DNA from: Octopus vulgaris
Taxonomy: Eukaryota
DNA length: 64,000 nt
NCBI GenBank assembly: GCA_951406725.2
Contig: OX597818.1
Location: forward strand, 89,404,001 to 89,468,000
Direction: 5' to 3'
A program made the translations under genes and the position numbers. The first letter of the stretch is position 1; every line of letters begins with the position of its first letter. The notes under the pieces were generated by a model. It saw nothing but the letters and a program-made list of their open reading frames with translations. It was not told the DNA's origin and did not search any database. Positions 12,001 to 24,999 of the stretch are shown piece after piece.

Positions 12001-15000
12001 GACCATATGTTTTTGCACAACAATGATTAGTGCAGACCTAACTGAATTTTATATAAAAAATATTATTTGCTAATTTTAAAATATGTCATAAAATACATAT
12101 TGTTAGTGTGTATTGATTAACAGTAGGTCTGATTAGACAAATTAGTGCAACTTAAGAAATCTTTTATCATTTCAACCAATGAAAATGAAGTTTATGAAAT
12201 CTTTTATCAGGGTTCAGTCCCACTGCAATGGCACCTTGGGCAAGTATCTTCTACTATAGCCTCGGGTCAACCAAAAGCCTTGTGAGTGGATTTGGTAGAC
12301 GGAAACTGAAAGTAGCCCATTGTATATATGTATATGTGTGTGTGTGTGTTTGTCCCGCCAGCATCGGTTTATTTTATTTTTTTCTCCTTGTCTTGCAAGT
12401 TACCTGACCATTTCACTAGTGCTAGTGTCACAAAAAAAAATCCAGTACACACAGTAAAGCGACTGGCATGAGAAAGGACATCCAGGTGTCGAAACCATGC
12501 CAAGAGACACACTGAAGTCTGACACAATTCTACAATCGATAGATCCTGACAAACCATCCAACCTAGGCTAGCATGGAAAATCAACATTAACTGATAATGA
12601 GATATTCAATACCATCACCCCACCCTACTAGAATTTGACTGATACTTTTTTTTTTCTATCACCTCTGAAAGGATGAAAGGCAACGTTGCCCTTAAAGGGA
12701 TTTGAACTCAGAATGTAAAACTTGGGAAGAATTACTGCAAAGCATATATTTCGGATGCTCTAATGGTTCTGCCAGTCTACTGACCTTGGAGCTACACACT
12801 AATAAAAACCACAGTGCAGCTGCAAACTGTCATCAGAACCAATGGGAACCTCTTGGTCAGTGGTTCTCAACCATTTTTTACCTGTGGGCCCTTTTGATTC
12901 CTATTTTATTTGGATGGACCCCCAAGGCCATTTGATGTTTAAAAAAAATCTCATTATATTTTAATAATCAAATATTAATAGGAACTGGACAAAAAAAATT
13001 GTTAAAATATTTTGTGCATTGTAGAAAGTATAACCTATTTATTACACCTAAGTGGCTGTTCAACTTCTTAGAAATAGTAGCCAAATTTCCCTCAGATCAC
13101 ACCCTAATACATTATTATAAGGACACAATGGATGATTCAGTCCAAGCTACACGATTTCAGGAAAAAAAAAAAAACAGAAAACAAAAAAGACAGGATGGAC
13201 ATGACTCAAATGTTTTTTTGAAGTGGTTGACCTCGGGTTAAAAAAAAACAATATGAAATAGACACAGAAATGTGAATTCAGAAGCAAATAAAACGAATCT
13301 AAAAGATTACATATTTATACATGTAAAACACATTTCCAGGCACTGAGAGTCAGGAACCTCTTAGAATCTGCACTAATTTAAAAGCAGGAAATTTACAGTA
13401 AAGACCCCCTTTGGTCATGAATGACTATGGATTGCACCTAGAACGTTCCACTCCAAGTTACAAGTCCAGGCAAAGTTGTTTATGGAAGACCAGCAGTCGC
13501 CCATGCATACCAGCCTCCCCTCTCCACACCACCGATGTCATCCAAGGGAAAGGCAAAGGTCGATACAGCTTGGCACCAGTGACTTCGCAACTCATTTCTT
13601 CAACTGAGTGAACTGGAGCAACATGAAACAAAGAACACAACACAGCCTGGATCAGGAATCGAACTCACTACCTCATTAGAGCCTGATGCTCTAACCACTG
13701 AGCCATGTGCCTTCACACCTATTAATAAACTTGTATCATTTATACTAATGTACAAGTACTGGTATAGCATTTAATTATTTAAGGAAATTTAATATTTGTT
13801 AAATTTAGAATGTATTAACCAAGGTTCGGAAAAATCATTAATCCAGAGAGGCTTTGGAAACAAAGCTTCCAGAAAATCGCTATTGTGTATATTTTTAAGT
13901 ATCCATAAACAATGGAAGAGTGTATGTGAGTGAGTGAGTGTATGTGTATGTGTCTTTGTTCACCACCGTAAATTAGCGGTCCACAAGAGACCGATAGAAT
14001 AAGCACCAGATTTTAAAACATAAGTCCTAGTGTTGACATGTTGGACTAAAACCCTTCAAGGCAATGCCCCAGCATGGCCGTTGTGTAGTGACTGAAAGGA
14101 GATTGTTTTTTTTTTTGTTTTTTTTTTAATACGTATTTAAAAAAGAAATTATTTAAAAATTCTAAAATAAAAAAAAAGCGAAAAAAAAAATGTTTAGAAC
14201 AAAAGATTTGAGGGGTGGGAGAAAAATTATAAATTTAAACAGCTGAAGTAATGAGGTGATAAACCGTAATTTCCGTTGTTCAAAATATAGGAAGCTAAAA
14301 AAATTTTGAGGTAGGAGGAAGGTTTGGGCGCCTCTTTGACACGTCAACCTTGCCGATTAGTGTTAATAATTCAACTTTCATTTTCTGATCGTAAAAAAAA
14401 AAGAAAAAAAAACGGAAACATTAAAGTCACAATCAACCTTTAGATTGCGATATTTATAATTATAGTACGCTGCCAAAACAGTATTGAGCGATATTTCTAT
14501 TACATTTAAAATATTTAACATTTTTATAAATAACTTTACATTAAAACAAATAGGATTACACACACATGTACGCTTCCATGTATTTGTATCTAGATATATG
14601 AAAGAGTCTGTATACATATATATGCAAGCGTAGGCTTGTATATTTATAGCTATAAACACACGTCACTACTGCTGCTACTAGTACCAAAGAGTTCAAACAA
14701 GAACACCAGAAGAATATTGGAAAATTCGATTTCCTATTCTGGTATAGTACAGTAGTAACAGTAGCATGAATAACAATACCACGACTGTTGTGTTCAATCA
14801 ATAACTATTTGAACTGTTATATAAAAGTGCAATAACACGCACGCACGTGTATGTGTACAATATAAATATACATGTATGTGGTTGTGTGTGTATGCGAATC
14901 TCTCTCATTATATACATTTACATATGGCTGTATGTATGTAAGTACGTATACACGTGTGAATGTTTATATAAACACATACACCGATACATCTATGCAAAGG

Positions 15001-15226
15001 CACATATGTATACGCCATACAAACATGATTCACACAAAATCGCATATGTACACCTCATAAATATTACACACACACACGTATACACACATAAAAATCACCA
15101 CATCCACAAGTAAAAGGAAGACAGACATATACATAAACAAATATTAAATTGTGGGAAAATGCAAGAGTGTGCAAGACGAATACAAAGAGAGAAGTTTTAA
15201 CGGGAAAGAGATAATAATGATCGTAC

Positions 15227-15394
15227 ATGCGAGAAGTTGCCATCACAATAGTGCTGTGCTTGGGGTATGTGGAATATCTCATCCATGTAAGGCTTAGGTT
15301 GGACAGAGTGCAGCCACTTTAAAAGAACCGTGGCCAAAGCGAAGAAGGTGACCAAGCCAAAGTAAAAGGGACATGCGAAGATTGATGTCGCCAT
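15227..15394 (-). CDS. ALG10: ALG10 alpha-1,2-glucosyltransferase (DIE2/ALG10 family), coding exon 1
   Basis: MATSIF...VQPKPYMDEIFHIPQAQHYCDGNFSH carries the ALG10 motif PYMDEIFH.PQAQ.YC. ATG at 15394 in aagATGg context; GT donor (GTACGA) after 15227, phase 0. Confidence 0.93.
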
Positions 15395-15539
15395 CTTGGA
15401 AAAGGACTTAGCACTGTAAGGGGAGCTCACTCTCTAGATTCATTTAACCTGCTTGTCTCTCTTGAGGCTTTTTTGATATTCCTTCTTTCTTTCTCTTTTT
15501 TTTTCTTTCTATCTTGATAGCTAGCTAGTGCGATAGATA

Positions 15540-16275
15540 AGTTTCTTTATTGGCCACACAGGGCTGCACACAGATGGGACAGTTACAAGGTAGAGCTTTT
15601 CTTTTGGGGGATGAAGAAAACAAAAAAAAAGGGGGTGGCGTAGGTTTTCGATCAAGAGGGATCGTAAAAGGGAAGAAAAGAACAAAATAAATAAATAAAT
15701 AAATAAAATAAAAAATAAAAAGAATAAAAAGAAAAAAAGGAAAAGGAAAAGGAACAAGAGAAAAGAGAAATGAAAAAAGAAGAAAAAAGGGGGAAAAAGG
15801 GGGAAGAGGAAAAAAAAAGAACGATCAATAGGAATCGAGTATCACAGTGTTATGATATATGGTGTAAAGAGGAAAGCAAGTAAGGTTTATCCGTGGGAAG
15901 AAAAGCCTACGAAAAAGACCACGGTAACCTTGGTCAATATTGTTATATGTTACCACATTTGTTTGCAAGTGGGTAACCCTCTGTTTTCAATTTCTGGGTT
16001 CATAGGATTATGCTCAAGGTGGCTTCGTCATTCATACGTGCCATCCTTGCTACATTCACAACATCTTTTTTTAAAACATTTGCTAGACAAAACTTGCCTC
16101 TCAACTCTCACTTTCCTCTTCAAGTGGTACTTGAAGAAGTTGATGAGAGATTGACCAGAGAGGAAAGTGTTTGTCTCCAATCCTTTCAGACGCGTCCACC
16201 AGATACATTCTTTCGCCATAGCCACAAGGATGATGAAAATAGCTCTTCCTTCCCGTTTGAAGGAAGGAGGCGTGA
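15540..16275 (-). mobile_element. L1/Tx1-like LINE 3' end (ORF2 C-terminus plus pyrimidine-rich 3' UTR)
   Basis: [21 protein letters not shown]...[14 protein letters not shown], then a T-rich UTR ending near AATAAAGAAA; lies ~150 bp upstream of the ALG10 ATG. Confidence 0.65.
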
Positions 16276-16277
16276 CA

Positions 16278-16658
<381 letters not shown>

Positions 16659-16796
16659 ATTTGCAAAACGTTTTTCAAGTTAAAACGCGAATTTATATTT
16701 TGTCATCTACATTCCAACGACGAAGCTTTGTATCTTTGTTAGAAACCAGCTTCTCCCTCAGAGGAACATTTCAAATAAATAAAATCAGAAGAGAAC

Positions 16797-17518
16797 TTAC
16801 ATACATATATACATACATACATACATACATACATACATACATACATACATACATACATACATACATACATACGTACGTACGTACGTACGTACATACATAC
16901 ATACATACATACATACATACATACATACATACATACATACATACATACATACATACTTACGTACGTACATACATACATACACACACACACACATACATAC
17001 ATACATACATACATACATACATACATACATACATACATACATACATGCATACATACATACATATTGGTTAATAGCTTTGTAAGGGTATGAAGCACGGGCC
17101 CTAAAAGTGGTTGACACCACACGACTAAGGTTATTCGACATAATGTAATAAAAGAGCGTTGCAGATCTGTTGGACAGACTGGACAGTACAATGAACGTCT
17201 CTGTCTTGGAGAAGGCGGGCGGGCAACGAAAGTTGGTGACGATGGTCAGATGATGGTATTTCAATATTTTAGCCACGTTATCAGAGCTTAGGACCTCTGA
17301 ACTCGCATCGCGGTGTGTAGGTGGACGGGAAACAAGCTCCTAATTCACAGAGATGAAGAACGAGAGACGATACCAAGAACTGAAAGAGGAGAACTCTGGT
17401 GGAGTGCACGGCAGCAACAACATGAGACCGTATGGCATGGCAAGAAATCATGATTGTGTCTGAGACCTCCGATCCTCAGCCAGAAGATTGGGCATATCTA
17501 CACGCTCATGTATGTATG

Positions 17519-17552
<34 letters not shown>

Positions 17553-18303
17553 TGTATGTATGTATGTATGCATGTATGCATGTATGTATGTATGTATGTA
17601 TGTATGTATGTATGTATGTGTGTATGTATGTATGTATGTATGTGTGTATGTATGTATGTATATATGTACGTATGTATGTATGTATGTATTATGTGTGTGT
17701 GTGTATGTATGTATGCATGGCTTAGTGGTTAGGGTGTTGCACTCACGATTGTGAGATTGTGGTTTCGATTCCCAGACCAAGAGCTGCGTTGTGTTCTTAA
17801 GCAAAACACTTCATTTCACGTTGCTCTGCAATAATTTTGTCATCTGACACGTGACAAATCGGACATCTGTACAGGTAAGGTCAATTTGATGGAGAGAGTG
17901 AGTGTACAGAAACATTTGATCACTATAAACAAACCGTCTGCGTAGCTGTTCTGCAAGAAACTACAGAGCCCTCGTGCGTCATACGTCGTCTAACGACAAG
18001 AAAGTCCATCGTGTATGTCATTATTTAATTCTATTTCAAGATTTGTTGCCAATAGGGAAAGAGCCGGTTTCTAACCTATATCCAAGGCTTCATTGGCAAT
18101 TCAACAACATCAACAACGTATGTATGTATATGTATGTATGTATGTTTGTATGTATGTATGTATGCATGCATGTATGTATGTATGTATGTATGTATGTATG
18201 TATGTATGTATGTATGTATGTATGTATGTATGTATGCATGTATGTATGTACGTACGTATGTATGTGTGTATGTATGTGCGTTCGTGTGTGTGTGTGTGTG
18301 TGT
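16797..18303. repeat. Three (CATA)n/(TATG)n microsatellite blocks (16797-17062, 17508-17716, 18118-18303)
   Basis: Directly visible; source of the spurious MYVC/HTYI ORFs. Confidence 0.95.
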
Positions 18304-19490
18304 GATCTTTCATTCATCCTTAAACTTTGCCGGCCATACATCATCCACACACAACCTAGACACCACATACTAAACTTTTTCTGACTCCATGAACAAAAAC
18401 TTTGAAAGAATTCTCTAATGAAGCAATGCCGATCTCTTTTAACAGAAATAACCCCCCGAAAACTCGAGTACTACCCTTTCGAGAAAACCTCATTCATCGA
18501 ATGCCCTCTCTGTCGCTCTAAATACTGGGCCTCGCTATCATCAGTTATATCTCTTCGTGAAAGCACGTCCTGAACATAGTTAGGACCACATCCCAAAGGT
18601 TGACCCTTCTTTTCAGTGTCAAAAATATTGTTGCCACTTGCTGTTTCTAAAATCTGAATATCACGATTAGTTTTATATGGGAGCAGCACACGGCCAGACA
18701 AAATAATCCATCTCCCAGCTAATCAAAGACCACACGTGATCCAGCCTCTGCCCCATAACCGCACTGCCTCCTCTCTTTACCTTCTTTTACTACTATAATC
18801 GCCTCTGCTTCTCAGAGCTGGCTGGTTTCGTACCAACTCAACTTAAACATTCCCTACCCACTCGCCTCACTTCTTCTTTATCTCTCTTGATGAGCTCACC
18901 CCATCATTCATACCCAGAACAATCCATTGTGTCCAAAGGCGGCGAGCTGGCAGAATCGTTAGCACGCCGGACGAATTGCTCAGTCATATTTCGTCTGCCG
19001 CTACGTTCTGAGTTCAAATTCCGCCGAGATCGACTTTGCCTTTCATCCTTTCGAGGTCGATTAAATAAGTACCAGTTACGCACTGGGGTCGATGTAATCG
19101 ACTTAATCCGTTTGTCTGTCCTTGTTTGTCCTCTCTGTGTTTAGCCCCTTGTAGGTAGTAAAGAAATAGGTATTTCGTCTGCCGTTACGTTCTGAGTTCA
19201 AATTCCGCCGAGGTCGACTTTGCCTTTCATCCTTTCGGGGTCGATCAAATAAGTACCAGTTACGCACTGGGGTCGATGTAATCGACTTAATCCGTTTGTC
19301 TGTCTTTGTTTGTCCCCTCTATGTTTAGCCCTTTGTGGGTAGTAAAGAAATAAGAAGTAAGAAATAAGAAACAATCCATTGTGTCCAACTTTGCTTCCTC
19401 GGAACACTGATTCCCTGAAATTCTCTCACTGCCCATATCTTACCTGCTGGCGTTGACTAGCAACAGTTTCAACGGAACATTAATAACGTC
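18302..19490 (+). mobile_element. Heavily decayed CR1/Jockey-group LINE ORF2 3' part, interrupted by a SINE dimer
   Basis: Degenerate RT C-terminal motifs read across frameshifts (YYN.LC.SEL; remnant FPRT..WNSL region); insertion bounded by a 19-bp TSD. Confidence 0.5.
18937..19369 (+). mobile_element. Head-to-tail dimer of tRNA-derived SINE family A (Nin/Deu-like central domain)
   Basis: GGCGGCGAGCTGGCAGAATCG head, GAGTTCAAATTCC B box, GCCTTTCATCCTTTCGGGGTCGAT core, (AAGAAAT)n tail; TSD AACAATCCATTGTGTCCAA at 18918-18936 / 19370-19388. Confidence 0.88.
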
Positions 19491-19958
19491 AGTATTGCCA
19501 ATCTCGGAGGTTCTGCATAGCCATGAGCACCGTCTCTTCATCCAGACTCAGTAAAGTAGAAAAAAATTGTTTACTGAAGATGAGATTCAATCGTTATACC
19601 TTAGAATGTTCTGTTTTTTTTCTTTATTTTTAATTTTTTTGTATTTTCTCACTGAATGCGTGCGTAATTAAGACTTTTCTTGGCCTTGATGAGCTTTAAG
19701 TTATACTAGCCATTGGACCTACGTTTCTGGTTGCCTAATTACAATTGAATCCGAACTGGCTTCAAATTTTGGCGGAAGGGTGTAAGTTTGCATCGATTCC
19801 ATTGTTCAACTGGTTCTAATTTAATCGACCCCGAAAGGATGAAAAGGCAAAGTCGATCTCGGCGGAATTTGAACTCAGAGCGGAAAGACGGACGAAATGC
19901 GCTAAGCATTTTGTCCGGCGTGTTAACAATTAAAATACGCGTTAACACTTCCGTGTGT

Positions 19959-20021
<63 letters not shown>

Positions 20022-20414
20022 ACTCATTTCTTTCTTTTTAATTGTAATTATTGAAATGAAATAAAAGTTTTCTTAAAATTAAAAGCCCGGGGTAGTCTGG
20101 AAAAAAATAACTGTAGAAACTTTATTGTATTGAGACCGTCAACTATTTTCCTGTAACACCGCCTTATTTATTGTATACATAACAGAAACTAAATTGAAAG
20201 AAATTTCCGTTTTAACCTATATTGTTCTTCTTCGATACATTTATATAAAACGCAATAAACCGAGAACAAACAATCTTTAAAAGATAATATAAAAATTGTT
20301 TTCTTAACTTCAAATAACAACTCAATTATAATTGAAATAATCAACAATCAACTTGTTTTAATTCTTCAATAAATACTAAACAGTGTCTGCGAATGAAATT
20401 TCAAAGTAAGCCAC

Positions 20415-20606
20415 ATGGCTGAGACAAGTGTTCCAGCTGCATCGGCAGCTGATGCTGGTGATATCTCATCTAATGTGGTCACTATCAACATACAAGGAGG
20501 AGGTCATGTTACATTTGCACTGTTTAACAACGTTGGTAATATGAAAGAAGTACGACAGTCTGTGATGAACGGAGAAATTGAAGCTGCGCTCTTAAAAACG
20601 TCCATG
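20415..20606 (+). CDS. TPRKB: TPRKB/CGI-121 (KEOPS complex subunit), coding exon 1
   Basis: MAETSV...VTFALFNNVGNMKEVRQSVMNGEIEAALLKTSM resembles the CGI-121 N-terminus; donor GTAACC, phase 0. Confidence 0.88.
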
Positions 20607-21559
20607 GTAACCACCGTTTATTCGTCTTTATTTTATCGTTAGGGCTGAAGAATGTCGGATTAAAATTAAAAATACCTCTTTTATATTTGCACCCCAAACA
20701 CTGTATCTATTTATAAATTGTTCATTCGCTAGAGATATCACTCTTAACATTCCTTTACACTATGGTCGATTTTTATATTTCCTTTCGAGATCCATAAAAC
20801 ACCAAAGATTGCCCTATGATTATTATGATAATTATTATTATTCGTCCTGACGGAATGCACATATTTGTCCGCTCGTAAGTTTTTGCTCTAAATTTTTGTT
20901 TACAAAAGCGGCTTTCAATCGTTTTGAGTCTCAGACTTGTCAAGATTCGTTCGTTAGTTTCCTTGTGCTTGACGGCACGTGTTATCAACTGTAAACACAT
21001 GAAATATTATCACTAATACGGCTTTTTCGACGTCGATCTAGTTTTCTTCTGGGAAATTTACATACACAAATGAAATAGGTAAGAACAAACCCTAGCCGCA
21101 TACACTACATGCACAAAAATGCATGCATACATACATACATAACTTGCACATTATAAATATGCAAGGCTTTCCTTAAGTTTAAAATGCAACATGAAACTCA
21201 AAACGATTGAATGGCCCAATAGTTATCAATTATACTCAAGGGCGGACTATACTCGAGGATTTACGGTATTCATTATCATTCTGATAAAGCAACTTTTTTC
21301 AAAACTCATGAATATATCTTTAACTTCTTCAAATGTTGAAAGAATAATGAAATACGCTTTCTAGCAATTAACACAGTTCAACTTGTTTAACTCGAAATTT
21401 AACATTTAACACAGTTCATGAATCTCTCTTTTCCTGGAGCTCTTCTCAAATTCAAAAGTTCTTGATGACAACCTCGTTATTGTTCCGGCATGTTGGTATT
21501 TCGTCCGGATCTCGTAGTTTGATTACAGATAGTGTCTGTAGTCTCAGACTAATTTGTAT

Positions 21560-22115
21560 CACAGTTCATAGTTTCTTCACATTCTCCGTTTGTCTGAGTT
21601 GTTGGATTCTCAGCAGCTGTCGACAGATGACGGCGATTTCATCAATACTGTCTTCCATCTGACGCTGTTATGTTAGGATCTTGGTGTGTCATCAACTGAT
21701 TTGACAACTCCAGTCTTCCATAACTGTTTTTCTTGGATCCTGACTCGCTGTCCAGGATTCAAGGGAGGTAACTCTACTTTCTCTCAAAGAAGTACTTTTG
21801 TTGTTCTTGACATGCTTTCAGCTGATCATGTAGCTGTTTCTGGTCTTGTACCTGAGGTTTCAGCAAGGCATCGGCCACAGGTAAGCGACTCTTCAGGTGC
21901 CTGCTCATTAGCATTTGAGCTGGTGATAGATTGACCGTGTCAACTTGTGTATTTCTGTATTTAAGTACAGCTAAGTAGACATCTTGGCCACTAGCTTCTG
22001 TTTTCATGAGCAAATTTTTTACTGTTTGAACTGTACGCTCAGCTTGTCCATTTGATTGTAGGTATGTCAGACTTGATGTTGTGTGTTTGAAGTCCCACTC
22101 TAGACCAAAGTGCCT
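21560..22115 (-). mobile_element. Gypsy-type LTR retrotransposon integrase fragment in TPRKB intron 1
   Basis: DFKHTTSS.TY.QSNGQAERTVQTVKNLL...YRNT...LSPAQMLMSR is a typical rve C-terminal motif set. Confidence 0.85.
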
Positions 22116-22447
22116 ATAGTAGAAAGGATTATTATTATTAATTATTTTTTATTTAGGTGGATAGGTGTCAGAATTAGTAGAGCCTCAGACAAAATGCTTC
22201 ACGATATTTTTGGGGGGTCCCTTAAGTTCTGAGCTCATATTCCATCAAGGTCAACCCAGCGTATCATCTTTCTTGACTAGGCTTAAAAAAAAAAAATTAG
22301 TACTCGGGTCAATTTGTTTGACTGAGCTTCTTCAAGGCAGGGCCCCAGCCTAATGACTGAAACAAGTAAAAGATAAAAGATGACAGTTGATCTTATTTTG
22401 TTGTTGTTCTTCAATGAAGCTGAAAAAAGTTTTGTTTTCATTTTCAG

Positions 22448-22570
22448 ATTCATGACCAGTTCCAAGTCCTCACAGCAGCACACAAGGCTCTTCATCACAG
22501 ACGTACTAAGAAGATGATTACCAAAAACATCCATTCTGAGATACTGTATTGCTTGTCTCCTTTGAAAGGG
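22448..22570 (+). CDS. TPRKB: TPRKB coding exon 2
   Basis: Not in the ORF track. After ttttcAG it reads IHDQFQVLTAAHKALHHRRTKKMITKNIHSEILYCLSPLKG, then GTAAGT; matches the CGI-121 core FQ.L.AA.KA...M.T...SEI...LSP. Confidence 0.92.
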
Positions 22571-22696
22571 GTAAGTCCAGTTTGAGAATATGTTGTTGTA
22601 TGATGTAGTTGAGTTCATTTTAAGTTCATCTGCCACATCAACTGGAAGGTGTTATAATGTGGTGTGAGGAAATTCATCTCAGGTTTACCTAAGTTT

Positions 22697-23790
22697 ATGG
22701 TTCTCAACCGGGGTTCATATGACCCCTGAGGGCCCATAAAAGATTTTGGGGGTCCATGCAAGTAAAATAATAAATTGGGGATCTAGGGTAGTATTTGAAG
22801 AACCCCTAAAAAAATTTTTGCTTTAGATGTATGTATTGCAAGAAACAGCTAGATTTTTTTCTCTAACATTTTACATAGTTCAAACTACACAGGTGAATGT
22901 GTAATGAACACAATAGATATCAACCCTTTCGTTAAGGTATTTATTTTGGGATGCCCTGTATTTCTTTCAGTTACTTTAAATATAACAAAGAATTTAGTAT
23001 CAGCTTAAAAATAGACTCCGCCGGTTACGACGACGAGGGTCCCAGCTGATACGATCAACGGAACAGCTTGCTCGTGAAATTAACGTGCAAATGGCTGAGC
23101 ATTCCACAGACACGTTGTACCCTTAACGTAGTTCTCGGGGATAATCAGCGTGACACAGAGAGTGACAAGGCTGACCCTTTGAAATACAAGTACAACTCAT
23201 TTTTGCCAGCTGAGTGTACTGGAGCAACATGAAATAAAGTGTCTTGCTCAAGGACACAACGCGTCGCCGGGAATCGAACTCACAACCTTACGATCATGAG
23301 CCGAATGCCCTAACCACTAAGCCACGCGCCCTCACCCTAGTATCAGCTAGTGTTAGGAACATAAATTGTGACCAAGGTTTGGTGGAAGATTTTAATTCAA
23401 AACTTATGAAAACAAGACATTTGTACTACTGAGCCAGAGCCGGTTTCAGCCGGGTTGGTAACAAAAGGGTTAAGTATCTGTAAAAGAAATTTTAACCTTT
23501 TAGCATTTAAACTGGCCAGATCTAGCAAATCTATTCCATCTGTATTATGGTCAAATTGGACAGAACTGGCCACTCACACCAACCTTACAATATCATTCTA
23601 AAAATTAAGTTACTTCGTTAAAATCTCAGAAGCTATATTTCATGATTAGTTCAAAGCATTGGAAATAAGCATCACTTTTCACAGAGAAATCTGAATACTA
23701 AAGGGTTAAACATCAAATGGTCAAGGGGTCCACCAAAATAAAATAGTAATCAAAGGGGTCTGTAGATAAAAAAAATAGTTGTGGACCACT
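22697..23790. mobile_element. Nested cluster: hAT-like MITE containing two TTAA/piggyBac-like MITEs, one of which contains a SINE
   Basis: Outer TGGTTCTCAAC...GTTGTGGACCA; inner AACCCTTTCGTT...AACAAAAGGGTT (22922-23471) and TTAACCTTTTAGCATT...AATACTAAAGGGTTAA (23492-23709); SINE 23010-23337 with GTATCAGCT TSD. Confidence 0.7.
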
Positions 23791-23902
23791 AAATGAAGTC
23801 ATAAGTGACTCGAAAATATTTGTATGCTATGAAGTTCATCTGCAGTTTATCCACCACTAACTGGAAGATGTTGTTTAGCCTCAGATCAATCTTGATTGAG
23901 TA

Positions 23903-24062
23903 AATCTATGATCATGGCTCCAACCATGACCACCCAGTCACAGAACTGATCAAAAGTATTTGACTGTGACCGTCCTGTCACAGATCTATGATCAAAGGCA
24001 TTCCAGCTGTGACCATCCTGCCATGGAATTATAATCAAAGGCATCCTAGTTGGGACCATATC
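23903..24062. repeat. Four ~39-bp degenerate tandem repeats
   Basis: Unit approximately ATCTATGATCAAAGGCATTCCAGCTGTGACCATCCTGTCACAG. Confidence 0.7.
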
Positions 24063-24825
24063 GTGTCACTTTTTAAAAATGAACTATGTATTTTGGACTA
24101 GATTATCCAATGAATCCATTCCTTATTTAAGATAGCCAGGTGTAATTTGAGGGAAATTTGGTTGCTATTTCTAGCAGGTCAAATTACCATGTAAAGATTG
24201 CCTTTAGTGTGTTGTGGTGGAACTCTTCTTAGATTCCCTAACTTCGACAAATTCTTCTGTTGCAAGATTTCAGCCATACTCTCCGTTCTAACATAACATG
24301 TCACCCCATTAATGCAAGCTAAAATGCCTTTATTCAAAGTTGTTCCAGCCATGACCTTACCAGTGAATCAACTGAATCAGTAATGCAAGGTAAAATACCT
24401 TTATTCTGAACAAAAAGCAGGTACAGTGTGCCAGTAGGTAGACTAGTATGAAGGTCTGTCAGTCAGAGATTTTGTGTTTTTGTTTTTTTTGGTGGGGGTC
24501 CCCAGATTGGTTACGTGTTTAACAACAGGTCCAGCATGCCACTAATCTTGGAGTACTTCTTCTTGTTCGTTTAACATCTGTTTTCCATACTGGCATGGGT
24601 TTGACTGAGGTCTGGAAAACCAGCAGCTACACCAGGCTCCAATCTGATCAGTCAATGTTTCTACTGCTGGATGCCTTTCCTAACACCAACCACAGAAGCA
24701 AGTCAGGCGGGCCTGGCATCAATCAAGTTTAGGTATTGCTTGTTTAGCAGAATTCAATATTAAAAGCAGGGGTGGCTGTATGGTAAGAAGCTGCGCCTAT
24801 GTTTATTATGTTTTATATATTTCAG

Positions 24826-24999
24826 ATTTCTGATTCCTTCCGTAAGTTTGGTGTTGGTGACAAAGACAATACATTGTTCACAGTCATCGTTGATGATGTC
24901 AACCACACTGTCCTGACACAGATGAAGACAAAGATCAAAGGGGACTTAGTCTCAGTCTCCTTGCTTCCTCAGTTCTCTGATGAAACAGAAATAAAGAAG
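24826..24999 (+). CDS. TPRKB: TPRKB coding exon 3
   Basis: ISDSFRKFGVGDKDNTLFTVIV...FSDETEIKK; acceptor tttcAG, donor GTGAGT, phase 0/0. Confidence 0.92.

Noticed and set aside
17065-17507. GC-richer island between microsatellites as a host exon
   Set aside because: No clean ORF with splice sites; more likely a decayed LINE fragment, but I could not assign it confidently.
19570-19610. CTGAAGATGAGATTCAATCG as another hammerhead
   Set aside because: No GAAA core or convincing stem I.
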